From: Felis catus
Taxonomy: Eukaryota
DNA length: 64,000 nt
Assembly (NCBI RefSeq): GCF_018350175.1
Contig: NC_058383.1
Coordinates: forward strand, 25,298,001 to 25,362,000
Direction of reading: 5' to 3'
Made by a program: the position numbers and the translations under genes. Below the pieces are notes generated by a model. It saw only the letters and a program-made list of their open reading frames with translations, searched no databases and was not told where the DNA came from. Shown here in pieces: positions 26,324 to 37,398 of the stretch (positions are counted from its first letter, which is position 1; the number at the start of each line of letters is the position of its first letter).

Positions 26324-27189
26324 CGGACATGCCTGGCCCCAGGCTAATGCAAAGGATATAGCAGTGAGCAACACACATACAATCTTTTATAATCATCACC
26401 TTGTGATGCCTGATTTCTCAGTCCTCCAGAAGGGAATTATTCTTGCCCCTGAATTACCTGAGGAATCTTTATAGTTATGAAACCAGCATTCATTTAGATA
26501 TGCACAGCCCCCTATCAGATCCTTTTTCCAGGACACTCTTTTGCCAGAGTGCTGAGTAATTATCCTTTAGAATCTACAATGGCTCCAAATTTTGATTAAA
26601 TGCTTTCTTGGCTTTTGAAATTCCAGGCCAGACTATTAGGTTATGCTCTGCTATGGCATTACCCAGTGCAGTGATTGACTGAGACAGACTTTGTCCCCCT
26701 CTTACTTTGCAGCTATTTCCTTGAGTATTTTGATCCGGGTGAGAAGTATGACATTATTGATTTGCTCTGCTCCACTCACCAACTGCCTCATCTGCAAGAG
26801 CAGGAATCTTTATGGCTTCAATAATTTCCCGGAGTGCAAAGACCTCTTTTATATTTTTGCTTGGTGCTTTGCAATTCTGTAAATTTTTTATGGACTCTGA
26901 GGTTAAGTTTCATCCCTTGCTCTCAAGCTCATTGGGACGTCTGCTTGTGCTCCAAGAAAGAACCTGACCCTTTTGTACCCAGTCATGTCCCACCCCATCC
27001 TTATCTTTAGAGAGGGAGGGAGAGAAGAATAAGAAGAGAAAAAAGGAATAAATCAGAATTTGAGAGTTAAATCCTATACATTTTTTTGAACTCAAAAGAA
27101 AGAAAAAGCAGCTGACAAACGTCCAGTGACCTGTCTAAAATAACACAGCTAATGAGTAGGAAACCCTCTTCTGCTTCTGATGCATTCAT

Positions 27190-27516
27190 TGGTGATTAGT
27201 GGTCACGAATATTTTGGTTCTCGCCCTCCTGAGCACAGAGGAGAGGAGTTCTCTTCTCTGCCCCATAAGGACATATGACTTGCTGTGGCCAATGAAATGT
27301 TGAGTGGAAGTGAACTATGCCAATTCCAGGTGGAAGTTACAAGAGCTGGCACATAATTCAACATGTCTTTCCCACCTCTCTACCTGCATCCCCAACTGAA
27401 CCCAGTGACCAAGAATGACATGTATTGTAAACAAGAAGCAAATCCTTGTCATTTTAAGCACCAGGATTTGAGGCTGTTTGCTGCTGCACATAACCAAGCT
27501 CATCTGAAGTGATACA
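27190..27516 (+). mobile_element. Old MaLR LTR (MLT1H/I-like)
   Basis: catatgacttgctgtggccaatgaaatgttgagtggaagtga; ttttaagcaccaggatttgaggctgtttg...tgataca. Confidence 0.65.
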
Positions 27517-28460
27517 GCCTCTAATTTTGGAGCCTCCCAGATAAGGCCATTTGGAAATCTTTGGAAAAGAATTTTGGCTGAATGATCTGGAAGATTTGGA
27601 TAGAAAGAGGACCTAGAAAATGCAGTTGTTTTAACATCATGGATTTCTCTTGTATAGTTTTGTTCAACCCAAGAATTGGTAAAGCTATGAAACAAGCAAC
27701 AGTCCAATTCATAGGAAAATATTCAAATCACTTCATAACTTTGACCTTATGCCTACTTTCCAGCCTTAACTCTATAAATCTACCCTCTAGACAACTATCT
27801 AGCTATTCATTCAAATATCTATTGGGTTTCTGGTATGTTTAAAACATGTTACGGATTTTGGTGTATCAAAGCATTGCATATACTTCTCATTCTTTGAGTG
27901 TCCTTGCCACCAATCTCCAGCCTTTCTTTTCAATACGGTAAACTTTATTCATGCTGCAAGATCCACATCACAATTCTTTCTACTAGGAAGACTTGTCTGA
28001 CACCACTTTTTCCAAAGCGCATTTAGCATACTCTATCTCTGTATGTTTAGGACACTTTGTTATGTCTTTGTTTTTACTGACTGAGCATGTGGCACTATAA
28101 TTGCTAGTTCACATATTTATCTTCAGCACTGGATTGTGAACTCTTTGAGGGCAGGGATCATGCCTCAGTCATTGCTGAAGCTCTAATGACTGGCTCCTTA
28201 TCTATGCCCAATAAGTATTTGATGAATGAATGGATGAGTAGAGTGATTCAATCTCCCTATTCTTTCTGATTCAGCTTCCAACATCCCAGAATCTTAGCTT
28301 TCTATAGGGGAAAATGGTACCCAGAGTCCTAGAAACCAGGCTGAGCTGGAAGTCTGGGTAGGTGCTTAATTTATAAAAATACCTGGGTGGGTTGGTAGGA
28401 AAGGGGAGCTCTTTAGTATCTTTGTGCCTGCTTGGCCTGGAAGAAGCAGAGACTCCATGG

Positions 28461-28558
28461 ATATGTTAATATGTCTTAATGTGTTATTATGTGTTATACG
28501 TATAACTTACTGTGTTATTATGTGTTATTATATATTATATTATGTGTTAATATGTCTG
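28461..28558. repeat. AT-rich degenerate ~10-mer tandem repeat (TGTGTTATTA-like)
   Basis: Directly visible. Confidence 0.75.
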
Positions 28559-29205
28559 TGATAGACAGTTGCCAAGACTGGCTTGCTTAGGAAAGCAAAT
28601 GTCACTTAATGAGCAGGAATCACCCTCTTAGAGGTCCCCCAACATAATTATACCAGTGGGGATATCCTCCTTCTCTGCTTGCATTTCAAACATAATAAAT
28701 CATACGCTACCCTCATGAACCCTAGCAAGGCCTGTCATTTCTGCAACAACATCAACACCACTGATCTGTGGAAGTAACCCCAAGTCAGCTGAGCCTTCAG
28801 ATGACCACCTCCCCTCTTAGTTACCCTCCTTCTCATGCTGTGTCTGCACAGAGCCTGGGCTTTCTGCATTGGTTTCCTCAACCACATTTGACATAATCCA
28901 TATTTTCCACTTTAAGCATTTATAGCAAACTTGGAGGGAAAATATTCTCTTTTCAACAGGCCTTCTAATTTCATTTAACAGTGAAGGTCAGAGCAATGAA
29001 TGCTCTGCAAAAGAATTCCTCTCCTGATTTTCAGTCCATGGCAACCAGAATCAAGGGCAGGAAATCTAGAATCCTTTTACCCAGTTTCATCCTCCATGCT
29101 CTCCACTATCCATCACCTGACTGCCCCTGTTAAGAAGAAAAACAGCTGAGAAATCACTTTTTTAACAGATTTATAGTATTTTTCTGATTATGAAAATGCA
29201 CATCC

Positions 29206-29357
29206 TTTTTTTTATTAATATGAAATTTATTGTCAAATTGGTTTCCATACAACACCCAGTGCTCATCCCAACAGGTGCTCTCCTCAATGCCCATCACCCA
29301 CCCTCCCACCCCCCATCAACCCTCGCTTATTCTCAGTTTTTAAGAGTTTCTTATGGT
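29206..29357 (-). mobile_element. Severely 5'-truncated felid/carnivore L1 3' end
   Basis: ttttattaatatgaaatttattgtcaaattggtttccatacaacacccagtgctcatccc is the carnivore L1 tail. TSD tgcacatcc at 29197-29205 and 29358-29366. Confidence 0.88.
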
Positions 29358-29621
29358 TGCACATCCCTTATAATAAGTTCAGGATACATATAAAAATACA
29401 GGGAAGAAAACAAAGTCACCTTTACTCCACCACCCAGAAATAATGATTACTAACAATTTAGTGTCTAATCTTAGATCTTTCTTCCAAAAAAAAGGATTAT
29501 ATTATTTCTTACTAAAATGGGTTGTATTATGGATACCATTTTGCAAGCTCCTTTTGTTCTAATCATAATTATAATATGGAAGTCTTTCTGATGTGGGAGT
29601 CTCATATGTTTGCCTAACATG

Positions 29622-29833
29622 TTTTTTTTTTTTAATGTTTATTTTTGAGACAGGGAGAGACAGAGCATGAACGGGGGAGGGTCAGAGAGAGAGGGAGACA
29701 CAGAATCTGAAACAGGCTCCAGGCTCTGAGCTGTCAGCCCAGAGCCCAACGCGGGGCTCGAACTCACGGACTGCGAGATCACGACCTGAGCCGAAGTCGG
29801 TCGCTTAACCGACTGAGCCACCCAGGCGCCCCA
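29622..29833 (-). mobile_element. Young Can-SINE (SINEC_Fc-like)
   Basis: TSD atgtttgcctaacatg at 29606-29621 and 29834-29849; most CpGs retained. Confidence 0.96.
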
Positions 29834-30556
29834 ATGTTTGCCTAACATGTTTTTTAACAGCTGCATAATATCACTGGACACTCAGGCTGTTTCCACTTGT
29901 TCATTATTACTTGAAACATAATTTAAAGATGTTGTGACTGTCCTTCTACTGACAGAAGAGTGCTCTTCTTAATACTACCTCTTTCATAAAAATTTCTCGA
30001 TGTGGAATTGCTGTTCCAAAGGATATAAGTCTCTCAAAGACTTTTTCAGAAAAATCCTAGAATATTATCATGTACCTATTCCTCCAGATGAATTTGAGTA
30101 TTCTGTCAAGTAATAAAACAATTCTGCTAATATTTTAATATTGCATAACATTTATATAATTAGGGATAAATTGGTATGATTCCAATACTGAAAACACAGA
30201 TTTCATTTATTTACCTCTTCTAGCCTTCAATAAAGATTTGTAATGTCATACAACACAGCATATATATAAAATTTATTAAGTTTATATCTAGATTACATTT
30301 TTACTGTGATCTGTATTTTATTCTAATTTTATTTTATTATTGATTTTTACTTATCTGTAGGAAAGCTATTGGGGATTTTTACATATATTTTGTACCTGCA
30401 ATTGTTTTTGAAGATGACTATTTGGTGGCTAAAGCCATCTCATTGTACTTCACAGTTTCAGTTGTATTACAAATAGGCATAAGTCATGCAAACTCATTTG
30501 GAAACTTCACAGATATAAGAGTGGCTGTGTCATTTGGAAAGTTCACCAAGGACAGT

Positions 30557-31106
30557 TGTATTGATTGTGTTCTTTATTTTCTGTATTTTATGATCTTTGA
30601 AATTTTGAGGCCTTGTTAACCTGGGAAGACTGCCCTCCCGGGGCTAGCTAATTCCTAGAGATAGCAAACTACTAGCCTTCAAGCAAGCACAGCTTTCATA
30701 AGCAAACCAACCAATCCAAAATCCTTGCTCCCCAACCACCTTCTTAAACTCCCAGTGATTCCCCTGTCCTTTTCTCCCCATGGTCTGGTATGAGACAACT
30801 CAGGACAGCCCCAACACCACAGAGCCCAATGAAATTATTCAAACTAGCCAATCCTAAGCCTGCTTGTCATGCCTCGCCTGTTTCTTCCCATGGAAACCAC
30901 AATAAAGGCTCATGCCCATGCTTTCCTCCTGCTCCCCTGCCACCTGACCAAGCCTGGTCCTTCCCCATGTGGCCCTGGTGCTTCCCCATGGTATGGCATA
31001 CCTCCTCCTCTTGGGAACTGAGTGACAAACTGTGTTTTCAGTGGCAGTTGTCTCCTGATCTGTTGGCCTCACCACAGTTGAATAAAAAAATCTAAATTTT
31101 AAAACA
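30557..31106 (+). mobile_element. ERVL-class solo LTR, MER74-like
   Basis: TG...CA ends; 5-bp TSD acagt/atagt; gggctagctaattcctagagatagcaaac, gaaattattcaaactagccaatcctaagcctgc, ccacaataaaggctc. Confidence 0.8.
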
Positions 31107-31563
31107 ATAGTTTTAATAAACTGTCAGAAAGTTTGATATGGGAGCACGAGGCTGGGCTTTACAATCAGATTATCATGGGGTTGAATTAAACTGCTTGGCT
31201 CATTGCTGTCATGTCCTCAAACAAGTACCTCATTCCTCTGATCTTCCATTTCTCTCTGCAGGGTGGAGGTTCTGGGAAACACAATGACTCACTGAAGTTC
31301 ACCCAGGCAGTGGGTAGCTGAACTGGGATTCAAATCCACGTGAGTCTGAACCCAGGCTCATGCTACTAAATTACGTATACTTCATCTCATTGTGATTATG
31401 AGTGTCCTGCAGGGCCAGAGCCACAATTTTGAGTCCCTGATATCATCATCCAGGTCAGAAGCCAGAGTCTAAGATGCAGAAGAGAAGGAGAAAAGACAGG
31501 TGCTTCTTTCCACAAGCTGAAGGCTACCACTCCCATTAAATGAGGGTCCTGGTAAGTTGGACT

Positions 31564-31777
31564 TTTTTTAAAAATATTTTTTACGTTTATTTATTTTTGA
31601 GAATGGGGAAGGGGCAGAGAGAGAGGGAGACACAGAACCTGAAGCAGGTTCCATGCTCCAAGCAGACACGGGACCAAGCAGACACAGCCAGACACGGGAC
31701 CTGAACTCGTGAACCGCGAGATCATGATCTGAGCTGAAGTCAGACACACAACTCACTGAGCCACCTAGGTGCCCAGG
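31564..31777 (-). mobile_element. Can-SINE with internal rearrangement
   Basis: TSD ctggtaagttggact at 31549-31563 and 31778-31792. Confidence 0.92.
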
Positions 31778-32319
31778 CTGGTAAGTTGGACTCTTATTGA
31801 CTGAGTGGGGCTATTCTGAAGCCAAGACATGCTTTACATACCCACTGAATCATGGAACACAATGGCATCTGAATACATAGAAGAGCAATAGCAAAAGAGC
31901 TACCTGGATTAAAATGCCCACTCTGATTCATGAGCAGCTCTATGGTCCCACAGCCTCCCCTCAGCTCTTGTGAGATGTGCACAAAAGGAAGAACCATGCA
32001 GGTCTTTCTTTATATGCACTTAGCACCTACTGGGAGCTTACTTTCTGCCAAGACTACACTGAAGAATTCATAATCACAAATTCATGTAAACCACAAAACA
32101 GCTCTGTAAGAAAACAATTATCTCCACTTTACAGATTAGGAAACTAGGATTGAGAGAATAAAGAGTCTAACTCAAGGTCATAAATCTAAGAAGTAGAAGT
32201 CAGAATTTGAACCCAAGCCTACCTAGCTTTTCATCATTTTGCTCTACTGTGTCTGTTTTGGTATTCTTAGTGCCCATTCACATCATGATATTGATATTTT
32301 TCTGATTGGCTATTTGCTG

Positions 32320-32680
32320 GTGATTGTATTGGTCCAATAATGAACATCTGTAACAGTGCAGATGGCATGATCAGTAGTACTACAGAAACTTCATGTTGCA
32401 TGGGTTTTACATTTTAACTATTATTGTTGGTTGCTCTCCTGCTTGTTCCAGATTGCTGTTGGCATGTCCCATGATGCACTGGGCATGCAAAGCATGTCTT
32501 GGCTTCAGGGCAGCTCTACCATAATACACAGGAATTGACGCTGCTTGTAAGGAGACATCCAAAATTGTCCAGCACAATGTGTTCTGCAGATGAAATGCTC
32601 CCACACCCACAAATCCCCTATAAAATAACAGAGAGGATACACATTGAATATTGGCCAGTGGGGGATAAACATAATTGTGC
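32320..32680 (+). mobile_element. Putative decayed Gypsy/Ty3-type integrase fragment (zinc-finger to start of catalytic core)
   Basis: Colinear frameshifted peptides SHDALGMQSM (32467), YTGIDA (32525), NCPAQC (32563), ERIHIEYWPVGDK (32631). These resemble the recalled pattern HEGHLG..KM / WPGIDA / SCPAC / ERIHIDYAGP. Confidence 0.5.
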
Positions 32681-33802
32681 AGAAACCTGTTGGCATACAA
32701 CCCATAACTGAGTATTTCTCAATGGTATTTAGGCAGCAGGTGTTCACTGGGACTAAGCTGGGCCCTTTCACTAGAAGAGCTACTCTTACCAGCTAGCTCA
32801 GGGCTGCTCCCATCTGCCCACTTGTACTCATTGCCTCTAGGAGGCAGTGAGATCAGAAGAGCTGTTATGGGTCCAGGTATTTCCAAATGTCAGCCCCGGG
32901 AGCTCCAAGTTCCAGGCTCTGAGTTGGCTGCTCCTATATGGCTGGAGAACATCATCCTCCCTGGGAGGTTGCAGGAGCAGCACTGGAGTGAGCAGGAACA
33001 GAAAATCCCTCATCTGAAATGTTATGCATTAATGTGAGGACAACATCTGGCCCAGAAGCCAAGGACCCCAAAGCCTTTGGTTTGTGTGTGACCTCAGGGA
33101 GCCCAAGGCTGCTTAGGGAGGAGTGAGCCTTACTCATCACAGACACTGCCACAGAATCACGTCCAAAAGGACATTGGTCTCTGCTAAGGACACCAGGCCA
33201 CAAAGCCTACAGAGCATATGGTGAAGCAGATTAAGAGGGCAAGAGAGATTTCCTGTGCCAAGACATCGGTCTCATTTACATGGATTACCACCTATGGCTG
33301 AAGTTACTTCCTCTCAAAGGCTGAGGAGCTTGGAAACCAGAGCAGGGATTAGGGCAAGATGTCAGGAGAGGGGGTGAGTCAGGTCTTGTGACTTCTCTGC
33401 TTTGGAGCTTTCTGATGAGCAAAAAACCATTTGTTCTGACAGTGCAAGAGAGAAAGGGATGTCTACATGTGGGTATGGCATCCAGTAGCCTTCTTTTAGA
33501 TGTGGTTTGGACTTGACCATAGGGATTTTCTGACAAAGCCTCAAAAGCACTGATTTCTTTATTACCAGGTAATAGCACACAGCAGGAGTCACTGTGCCTC
33601 TTCCCAGACCCTGACCCCATCCATGAGTTCCCCACCTCTTACCTTCACCATGCTAAGGGTCTTTGGTGCACTATCTCATTCTATTCTTAAAACCACCTGT
33701 GAGTGGCAGCCTAGAAGAACCAACATAGCACAGTGGTTAAGGATAGAGACTTTGAGCCAGGTCACTCTGCCACTTAATTCCTGTGTGATCCATAAAATGA
33801 GG

Positions 33803-34239
33803 TGCAGTGGGCTGAATGGTAACTCCCAAAGATGTCAGGTCTTCATCCTTGGGACTTTGACTATTACCTCATATGGCAGAGTTTTTGCATATATAATTAA
33901 GGATCTTGAGATAAGGAAATATCCTGGATTATCTGATGGGCCCTAAAGGTTATCACAGGTGTCCTAATATATAGGAGAGATGCAGAGAGCTATCTGACAC
34001 ACAGAAGAGAAGGCAATGTGACCAAAAAAACAGAGATTGGAGTGACATTGGCCACAAGCCAAAGGATACCAGAAGCTAGCAAAATTGGAAGAGAAAAGGA
34101 AGAGATTCTGACCTGTAGCCTCTGGAAGGACTCCTTGATTTCAGACTCTGGCCTCCAGAACCACAAGAAAATACGTTTCTATTATTTTAAGCCACCAACT
34201 GTGTGGTGATTTGTTATAGCAGCTTCAGAAACTAATACA
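33803..34239 (+). mobile_element. MaLR solo LTR (MLT1C/D-like) inserted in a MIR (MIR about 33720-34350)
   Basis: tgcagtgggctgaatgg start; ttttaagccaccaactgtgtggtgatttgttatagcagcttcagaaactaataca end; TSD tgagg/tgggg. Confidence 0.88.
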
Positions 34240-34369
34240 TGGGGATTATATTTGCTATCTCTTAGGGTGTTGTAAGAATTAAATGATTCCGTATGTCTAC
34301 AGCATTTGTAATAGTGCCTGGCACTCGGTAGAAACTATAAATAGCACTTACCAAGTAGGTATCAGCATA

Positions 34370-34708
34370 ATAATTTTTTTAATTTTCTGTTTAATAAATT
34401 CACATCCCCTTCACCCAATTCTCCACCCCTTGCCTCTGGAAAACACCAATCTGTTCTCTGTATCTATGTTAATTGAAGCTTTATTTATAATATCTAAAAG
34501 ATGGAAACAACCTAAGTGTCCATAGACACTTATATATATACTTATATATAGTTATGTATAATGGAATATTATTTAGCCATAAAAAAGAATGAAATCTTGC
34601 TATTTGCCACAATGTGGATGGACCTCAAAGGAATTATGCTAAATGAAGTAAGCCAGAGAAAGACAAATACTGTATGACCTCTCTTATATATGGAATCTTT
34701 TTAAAAAA
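34370..34708. mobile_element. Short L1 fragment with internal inversion
   Basis: 34400-34468 is antisense L1 3'UTR; 34469-34708 is the sense L1 segment that normally precedes it (compare the colinear copy at 59860-60200). Confidence 0.75.
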
Positions 34709-34716
34709 TCAGTGCC

Positions 34717-34919
34717 GGGGCGCCTGGGTGGCGCAGTCGGTTAAGCGTCCGACTTCAGCCAGGTCACGATCTCGCGGTCCGTGAGTTCGAGCCCCGCGTC
34801 AGGCTCTGGGCCGATGGCTCGGAGCCTGGAGCCTGTTTCTGATTCTGTGTCTCCCTCTCTCTCTGCCCCTCCCCCGTTCATGCTCTGTCTCTCTCTGTCC
34901 CCAAAAAAATAAATAAACG
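34717..34919 (+). mobile_element. Young Can-SINE (SINEC_Fc-like)
   Basis: TSD ttaaaaaatcagtgcc at 34701-34716 and 34920-34935; CpG-rich head ggggcgcctgggtggcgcagtcgg. Confidence 0.96.
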
Positions 34920-35302
34920 TTAAAAAATCAGTGCCATCATTTATCAATGGAAAGAGAAACTGAGCCTTAGTGAGGCCGATGGGACATAAATGCCTGGGTG
35001 CTACCACAACACCACCACACTGTTTCTCCTCAAAGCCAGGCTGGAGGTCTAGGGCACAGAGCACAACTCCAACCTCCTGCTCTTGTGTCACTGATCCACC
35101 CATGTGAGCAGACCAGTGGCTGGGACTTTTCTCTCCTTTAGATTGCCCACATCCTGCCATTTGTTCTGGTTACATCTGTGGCCTGCCGCACTGAGGCTCA
35201 TAATAATAATAAAAATAACAACTACTATCACTTTTTATTTTACTTACAATGTTCCAGGCTTTGAACTAATTGCCTTAGACATTTTTCCATCCTTAACTAT
35301 TG

Positions 35303-35366
35303 GTTTTTTTTATGTTTATTTTGATAGAGAGAGAGAGAGAAAGAGCATGCACACAGTGGGGGAGGG

Positions 35367-35417
<51 letters not shown>

Positions 35418-35542
35418 CCCAAGCAGGCTCTGTGCTGTCAGCACAGGGCTGGACACGGGGCTCAAACTCACAAACCATGAGACCATGACCTGAGCTGAGA
35501 TAAAGAGTCAGACACTTAGCCTGCCACCCAGGCACCCCCCCA
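35303..35542 (-). mobile_element. Can-SINE
   Basis: TSD atccttaa(c/t)tattg at 35289-35302 and 35543-35556; long (GA)n. Confidence 0.93.
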
Positions 35543-36639
35543 ATCCTTAATTATTGTACCCTCCTTATAGAAAAAGAATATGAGGTTCAGACGTGTTAAA
35601 TGGCAGGCCCAAGGTCAAATGGAATTCAAATCCAGGTCCATCTGTCCCCATATCTTTAGTTCTAGCAGTCTTCCTCTCATGATAACAGCTTAATATGAGG
35701 CAGGCATTTTGCCAGGGCTTCCATGTATACTCTCTCTGAGTCCTGGTAGGATCCCTGTTTTACAGGTGTGGAAACACATGTGCTAATAGGGCAAAGTGCC
35801 CAAGGTCACCCAGAGAGCAAGCAGCTGAGCCAGGACTTGAACTCCAATCTCCTGACTCTAGAGCCTCAGCTCAGCCTCTGCGTGCCTCCTTCCTCCTCCA
35901 TATGGCTCAGGCTCAGACTCACATGCAGACACCAGCAACTCAGAATTACAGAGGACATTAAATTTCCTCTCTACCCACCTTCTCCCATTAAGCTAGAGAG
36001 GAGGCCAGCTAGTGGGAAGCCATAAACCTGGGTGTGCACAGAGTATTTCTAAACTACACTGACATTAACTAAGTCCTTGAAATGCTCAAGGTCAGGGTCA
36101 TATCATCTGCTGGAAAGCCAGGGGTGGCTTTACAGTAACCAGCAATAATGGGTTCTCCTAATGCTGGGTGGTGCAGTCTGATGAGGCTTTCCTTTTGTTG
36201 CAATCAAAGAGGCAGTTAGTGGTGACTGTCTCCATAGGAAACAGTCACTGCAGTCCCCTTCCAACAACATAAGCCCAACTGCTATGGGGACCCCCCAGCT
36301 CACTGAGATATCCCCTCTCCTGGGCTTGAAATGTGTGGCATCTCTTCTCTTCAGCACTGAATTTCTGCTCCTGATTGAAACTTCTCTCAATCTTTCCCAC
36401 ACTTCTGTCTTTTCCAGGTAAGAGTCAAACAGCCCATGGGCAAAGACTGGGTCTTTCCCCCCTTCTTTTTATACCAGTAAGAGGCTTATAGAAATAGCTA
36501 GGAGAAGAGAGTTGGTAAGAGTTGGGGAGTCACCTTCAGGGTTGCTGAGCACTCACTATGTACTAAGCTTAATATGCTCTGCATACATTTTATCACTTTA
36601 TTCTCACAAAACCCCTGTGAAACCCCTGTGAAGCAGGTC

Positions 36640-36717
36640 ATTTTTTTAAGAGAGCACAAGTGCTCACAAGCACAAGTCAAGGAGGGGCAGAGGAAGGGGG
36701 GGGAAGGGAGGGAAGGG

Positions 36718-36760
<43 letters not shown>

Positions 36761-36885
36761 ATTTTAAGCAGACTCCATGCCTAGTGCAAAGCCCAATGCA
36801 GGGCTCGATCTCATGACTGTGAGATCATGACCCGAACCAAAATCAAGAGTCAGACGCTTAACCAAATGAGCCACCCAAGTGTCCC
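36640..36885 (-). mobile_element. Can-SINE
   Basis: TSD tgtgaag(c/t)aggtc at 36627-36639 and 36886-36898. Confidence 0.92.
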
Positions 36886-36941
36886 TGTGAAGTAGGTCTT
36901 ATTCCTATTTTACAGCTTCAAGTCCTTTCAGTGATGTTGAA

Positions 36942-36981
36942 GATGATGATGACGATGATGATGACGATGATGATGATAATG
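36942..36981. repeat. (GAT/GAC)n trinucleotide repeat
   Basis: gatgatgatgacgatgatgatgacgatgatgatgataatg. Confidence 0.9.
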
Positions 36982-37188
36982 CCATTTGGCTGTGGCTTCT
37001 GACTTAAAGGCAGAGCTCATGCTTCAACTCACTTAATCCCCACAACTTTGTAAAGTATTACAATTACGATGGTTTTTATGAAGTACTATTATTACCATTT
37101 ACAGATGAGGAAACTGAGGCATGGGGACTAAATAATGTCACAAAACTCATAATGGGAAAGGCTTGAGTCAAAACCAAGGGACTTAGTG

Positions 37189-37398
37189 CAGAGATTGACT
37201 AATTATGGAATGCTCACTGACTGCCTGTTTTTGTAAACAAAGTTTATTGGAACACATGCCCATTTGTTCACCTACTGTCCATTGCTACTTTCATGTTAGA
37301 ACTGCAGAGTTAAATAGTTGGAACAGAGATCATATGGCCTGCAAAACTTAAAATATTTACTCTATGGCTTTTTACAGAAAAAGCTCACCAAGCCCGAT
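37189..37398. mobile_element. MER58A-like hAT-Charlie fossil
   Basis: gcctgtttttgtaaacaaagtttattggaacac...tatggcctgcaaaacttaaaatatttactctatggctttttacagaaaaag. Confidence 0.85.

Noticed and set aside
32452..32546. 95-nt + strand exon-like segment (ttttaac branch, ttccag acceptor, CTT|GTAAGG donor)
   Set aside because: Stops in all three frames and a weak donor; better explained as part of the putative Gypsy fossil (a non-coding exon cannot be excluded)
34715..34830. CpG-rich patch as a CpG island or promoter (also 29750-29830, 59420-59505)
   Set aside because: Confined to young SINE bodies
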